Assembly (NCBI GenBank): GCA_001600695.1
Contig: BCKQ01000009.1
Location: 45,330 to 109,329 of the forward strand
Length of the DNA stretch: 64,000 nucleotides
Direction of reading: 5' to 3'
From: Ascoidea asiatica JCM 7603
Taxonomy: Eukaryota; Fungi; Ascomycota
The notes below the pieces were generated by a model that did not search any database, had not been told where the DNA came from, and saw only the letters and a list, made by a program, of their open reading frames with translations. Of this stretch, positions 59,466 through 64,000 are shown one piece after another. The number at the start of each line of letters is the position of its first letter. The stretch's first letter is position 1. The position numbers and the translations under genes are program-made.

Positions 59466-62400
59466 TTACGAATTGGCGGCCCTTGAGATTTTAGTTAATC
59501 TTGATCTATCACCATTTAGTAATTTTTGAGACTGATTAAAAAAAGTTTTAATTGGATACTTATCGTTAGTCAAAGCAGGAAATAATCTATTACTATTCAA
59601 TTTACTTTTAATATCATCACGGTTTAAAGTAGAAAGTTTGTAAACATTATTATCAAAAACCATTGTCACAATATGTGGACCATCATAATATGGTTCTAAT
59701 TTGTGTTTTCTAACTCGCTGCCTTAAAACGTAATCACCTACTTCAAAAACGTTAAGGACTGCATTGTCTTCTTACAGGTGTTGTTTTGGTATTTGCAATG
59801 TTCCAATTAATTTAAAACGTTCCTTTCTTTTTTTATTTAGCCTTTGAGTTTGTAAGACTCTGAATTGAGTAGCTTCTTGATCCTCGGCATCTGTGGTTTC
59901 TCTGCATAAGGTTGCATATTATTGCTTGAACCAGAATATACACCAAAGCTAAAACGTAAAGTGAAAACCCATATTTTGACTTTTTTGGCCTGTATTGAAT
60001 TACTGCAGCATTGATAAGGAGGTCCTATTCCACGGAAACATTCAAATGAAATAAAATTTGTTTGAATAAACCATTAAACTTCTCAAATTTACCATTAGTT
60101 TCTGGGTGATATAGAGTGGTTTTGCGACATTTGATTCCTAAGGAATCTAATTTGTCAATAACATTATTTGCAACAAAACCAGAACCATTATCGATAATTA
60201 TTTCTTTCATTTGACCATGGTTTGTGACGATAGTTTGAATTAAATTTAAAACATGTAACGAGCCAGTATCTGGTGTTGCAACATCATAAGCATAATCTGT
60301 ACCATAATCAATTTCAGTGACACAATATTTATTTCCAAAAGAAGTTTTTTGAAAAGGACCAATATAATCCATCCCCCATCTTGAGAAGCCTGTTGCAGAA
60401 GGAATTGGAGTTAATGTCTTAGAAATAGCTGATGGCTTTTTCATAAGCTGACAATTAGGACAAACTCTAATAACTTCTTGAAATAATAGAATACTATCAG
60501 GATGAAAGTATTTTTCATTTACCATGTTTTCTAGATTTCCAATGGAACAGTGAGCATTTGAAAGATGAACTTTTTCAGAGACTTCCTTAAGCTTATCTTC
60601 ACTTAAAACAATAGCTCAACAAACTTTAATTCTAATATCTAGTTGATTATCATAGAAAATAAAGTTAGCAAAGACAAATTTAGAACTCATATTTTTAGGA
60701 ATTTCTTTATTTTGAAAAAATTCTTTAATTCTAGTAAGATCGACTTCACACAAATCCTTAATTGATTTGATGGTTTTGATCTGAGTTTCAGTTTCATTAA
60801 GTTCATCAATTTCCATTAATGTCTCATTTGCTTTTTCATCAACCAAATCAGTCCTTCTTGATAGTAAATCAGGAACCACATTTTGTTTTCCAGGCTTATA
60901 TTGAATATCACAATCGTAATGTTCAATGATTTCAATGAATTTCCTAACTCTTTTTCCAGGATCTGATTTAGTTCTAATATATTGAAGAGATTCATGATCG
61001 GTTCTAACAATAATTTTGCATCCTTCAATATATTTTTGAAAATGAATCAATGAATGAACAACAGCTAAAGTTCTCTCTCTTGAGCAGAATACTTTGGTTG
61101 TGTTTTTGAAAATTTTCTTGATTCAAAAGCAACAGGATATAATTGGATCTTTCCAGTGTTCTCATTTTTATAGGGTTGGAGTAATACACAACCTAAAGCA
61201 AAGTCAGAAGCATCAGTTTCTAAAATTGCAACTATCTCAGGATCAAATGGTTTTAAAACAGCAGCAGTAGTTAATGTTTTTTTCATTGATGTAAAGCATT
61301 CAATTTGAGAAGGTTTTAATTCAATTTTTGTTCCTGGTTTAGGAGACCCAACCAATAAATTTGTAAGTGGGATCATTTGTTGAGAAAAATTTGAGATAAA
61401 TTTTCGGTAATATGAGCATAAGTTAATGAAACCTCTTATATCAGTAATTGATTTTGGTAATGGCCAATTTAAGATTTTCTCGATCTTTGTAGGATCAGTT
61501 TTGATTACTTCTGAGGAAACAATATGTCCTAAAAATTTAACTTCTTTGCAAAAGAATTTTGACTTCTTCACATTTAATTGAAGTTTTTCTTTTTCAAGTT
61601 GAGTAAGAACCTCATTAACTTGATCAATATGATCTGATTTATTATGGCTGTAAATAATTATATCATCAACATAAACCATAACATAAGGTAGGTGGCCTAA
61701 AAGTTTCATCATAAATGATTGAAAGGTATAAGTACCATTGACTAAACCAAATGGCATGACATTGAATTGATAATGACCTGAATTGGAAGAAAAAGCTGTT
61801 TTAACTTTACTATCATTATGTAAAGCAATTTGGTAAAAGCCATTTTTCATATCCAAACAAGTGAAGTATTTAGCCCCATTGAGATTATTTAGGCAAATAT
61901 CAATAGATGGCAAAGGAAAATAATGCCTAACACTAATAGCATTTAATTTCCTGTAATCAACGCAAACTCTATAAGTTCTATCATCTTTTGGAACAAGAAT
62001 TAATGGAAAGTTTCAACCACTTTTAGTTTCAGAAATTAATCCAGCTTCTAGATTTGATTTAACAAATTCATCAATGAATTTTTGTTGAAGAGGACTATAG
62101 TTGTAACTTCCAATATAAATTGGTGTTTCAGAAGTTGTTTCAATAGTGTGTTTAAGCAGTCTTTCGGGAGGTAATCTTGGAGTTGAATCATTGAAGTAAG
62201 AGTATTGCTTAAGATCAAACACTTGTTCCTCATTTGACTGTGATGTTGAGACATAAAAGTTTTCTAATTCATCAACATTTTCTGGACTCAAAATACACTT
62301 TTTATCTTGGTTAAAAAGCATAATTGAAAATCTATCACTACCTTTTGCACAAAATTTATGGTTGTAGAGAAATCTACTTCCAATAGTAATATCGAAAGCT

Positions 62401-64000
62401 TTTGTTGAACTTTCTGGCAAAACAGCACATTTAATGTCAATTAAACCAAAGTTTTCAATGAATGGTGGTAAAATGACATCATTCTTGACTATCGTTGTCC
62501 CTGTAAAGCCATGGATTGTTGTAGGCTTACGCTGTAGCATTTTGATTTCCAAGCCTTTTAAGGATGATTCAAAAACATAGTTGGATTCAGCACCAGTATT
62601 GAAAAGAATTTTCATCTTTTAATCATTAACAGAAGAATTGAAATATCTATTAGGAAACTTTTTATTGTTAGTGTTAATTAATCTAAAATGTTCATCGTCA
62701 GAAAAGAATTCTGAGGTCAGTTCCAGCTCTGACTTTTCAGATTGGTCTTCTTCCACTCCTTCTTCAGCAATTCTGTAATTAGACTTCTTGTCATATTTGT
62801 TTTTGTAACTATAATTGAAATTACCTTTTGATTTTCTATTTGCAGCCTCGGTTTCAGCAATTTTTTTGTATTTTCTATACCAGAAACAAGTATTTCTGAA
62901 ATGTCCTGGGAGATTACAGAAATCACAAGTTTTGCTTGTGGAACGAATTGCATTGAAGTTTTCCTTTGAGTTTGAATCAATGATTGATTCAAGATTATTG
63001 AACTTATAAATATCATTGTCAATAATAACTTCATTTGAAAGAGCTGTAAAAACATCCGTTGAACTGAACAAGTTAAGTAATTTGTTGAACAGTTCAATAG
63101 TTGTTTTGGATGGAAATTTTGTTTCCCATTGAATTTGAGGAGGAAATTCATTTTTGATTTGAGAAATAATTGTTGATCTCATGAAAGTACTAGAAACAGC
63201 ATTTAAAGGAAGACTTTCATAAGAATTTCTAAATCCTGTAATATAATCAACAACGTTTTCATTTTCAGAGGGTTTAATTTTTTGAATTGTTGAATTAAAG
63301 CTCTATAATTTTGATCTGTGTCTATACCTCTGAGAATGAAAGCACAGGCAGCAGGCTATGAAGGGTTTATTAAACCATTTCTTGCAATGGTTTTAATGAA
63401 ATTAATCCATTCCAAATTCATAGATTCTGGAATATAGTTATAAAGATTTACACCCCATAAATCATATCTTACCCTATTCATTTTGAAGTAAATTTCAATA
63501 GATTGTAATTTTAGAATTAATTTTCTATCTTGTCTACCTTCAATAATCAAATTTTGTTTTAATTTTGGTGGTTTTGAAGTACCATCCATACCAATACCAG
63601 AAGTATCTCTGTTTATTGCCATACCTGGCCAAAGTAAAACACTTTCAACCTTCTGATTCTCCCAAGAAGCAGACTCAATCTTTATTTCATCAGATTTAAT
63701 TTGATTGAGATCATATCTCCAGTTATTAACCTCATTCAGTTCAGTGAATATGTTCTGGTTATTTTGTTTGGGTGCTTGAAAACCTTGTGCAAGCTTTTGA
63801 ACTTTTGGAGCAGCAGCTGGTATAGTTGGTAATTTAAGAATTTCTTCTTTGATTTGATTTATCTTCAGCTTCAAAAAATCTAGTGTTATCAGCCTCATCA
63901 GTAGTATTGACATTTGGATGAGCAGCAACATTTTTATTAGCTGTAGCACTAGTTGTGTCTGAAGCAGAAGCATCTTCTTGTTTAATTTGAGCAACAGGAT
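59466..64000 (-). pseudogene. Disrupted gag-pol polyprotein
   Basis: In-frame stops at 63356, 62619, 62013, 60616 and 60025. Frameshifts near 63860, 63280, 61065 and within 59760-59980. Protease catalytic Asp reads as Asn. Confidence 0.9.

Larger units (their letters stand above)
58896..64000 (-). mobile_element. Degenerate Ty3/Gypsy LTR retrotransposon, 5' end beyond the window
   Basis: Domain order gag (CCHC knuckle CDFCNLPGHFRNTC), protease (LFNTGA), RT (RVCVDYRKLN, MPFGL, YVDD), RNase H (ETDASD, RTDHESL), integrase (HHCC, WGMDYIGP, IIDNG, YHPETNG, YDGPH). Integrase after RT/RNase H defines the Gypsy type. Confidence 0.95.

Noticed and set aside
59474-59482. TGGCGGCCC as a plus-strand primer-binding site
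   Set aside because: It is the antisense of the last integrase codons (RAA), and the element is on the minus strand.
62619-62621. In-frame TAA as a programmed gag-pol readthrough site
   Set aside because: It lies only about six codons before the protease active site, so inside the protease domain, in a copy with many other nonsense mutations.
63860-63994. N-terminus of track ORF 63356-63994 (MLKLNKKMLLL...)
   Set aside because: Appears off-frame. The plausible Gag frame here reads PVAQIKQEDASASDTT...FFEAED, shifts near 63860, and starts outside the window.

Overview
Very AT-rich budding-yeast (Saccharomycotina) chromosomal DNA; an Ascoidea-like, non-standard-CUG lineage is my inference only. 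The window holds about 22 essentially intronless housekeeping genes: AIM25 (partial), GPD, MPS1, ARP2, KAR2, a 55-aa HOR7/DDR2-like gene missing from the ORF track, CCP1, an MRX9-like gene, CYT2, GCD14, HEM14, an NDUFAF7-family methyltransferase, LSM1, PRP31, YPD1, URB1, CYR1, a divergent calmodulin-like gene, BPH1, a SUR7-family gene, an F-box gene and RBK1. The last ~5.1 kb is a decayed Ty3/Gypsy LTR retrotransposon on the minus strand that runs off the right edge. No tRNA, rRNA or CRISPR array was seen, and I found no clear novel multi-gene system. The most notable signals are: (1) a strand-asymmetric G/C composition gradient centred on GC-rich promoter islands that reshapes protein sequences, including 393 coding nt of URB1 with no G; (2) a four-EF-hand calmodulin-like gene whose stop codon overlaps that of adenylate cyclase; (3) in-frame CTG codons that mostly read better as Ser, with some Leu-like exceptions; (4) a canonical spliceosomal intron in the putative URB1 5' leader. 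Gene names come from recognising motifs from memory, not from database searches.
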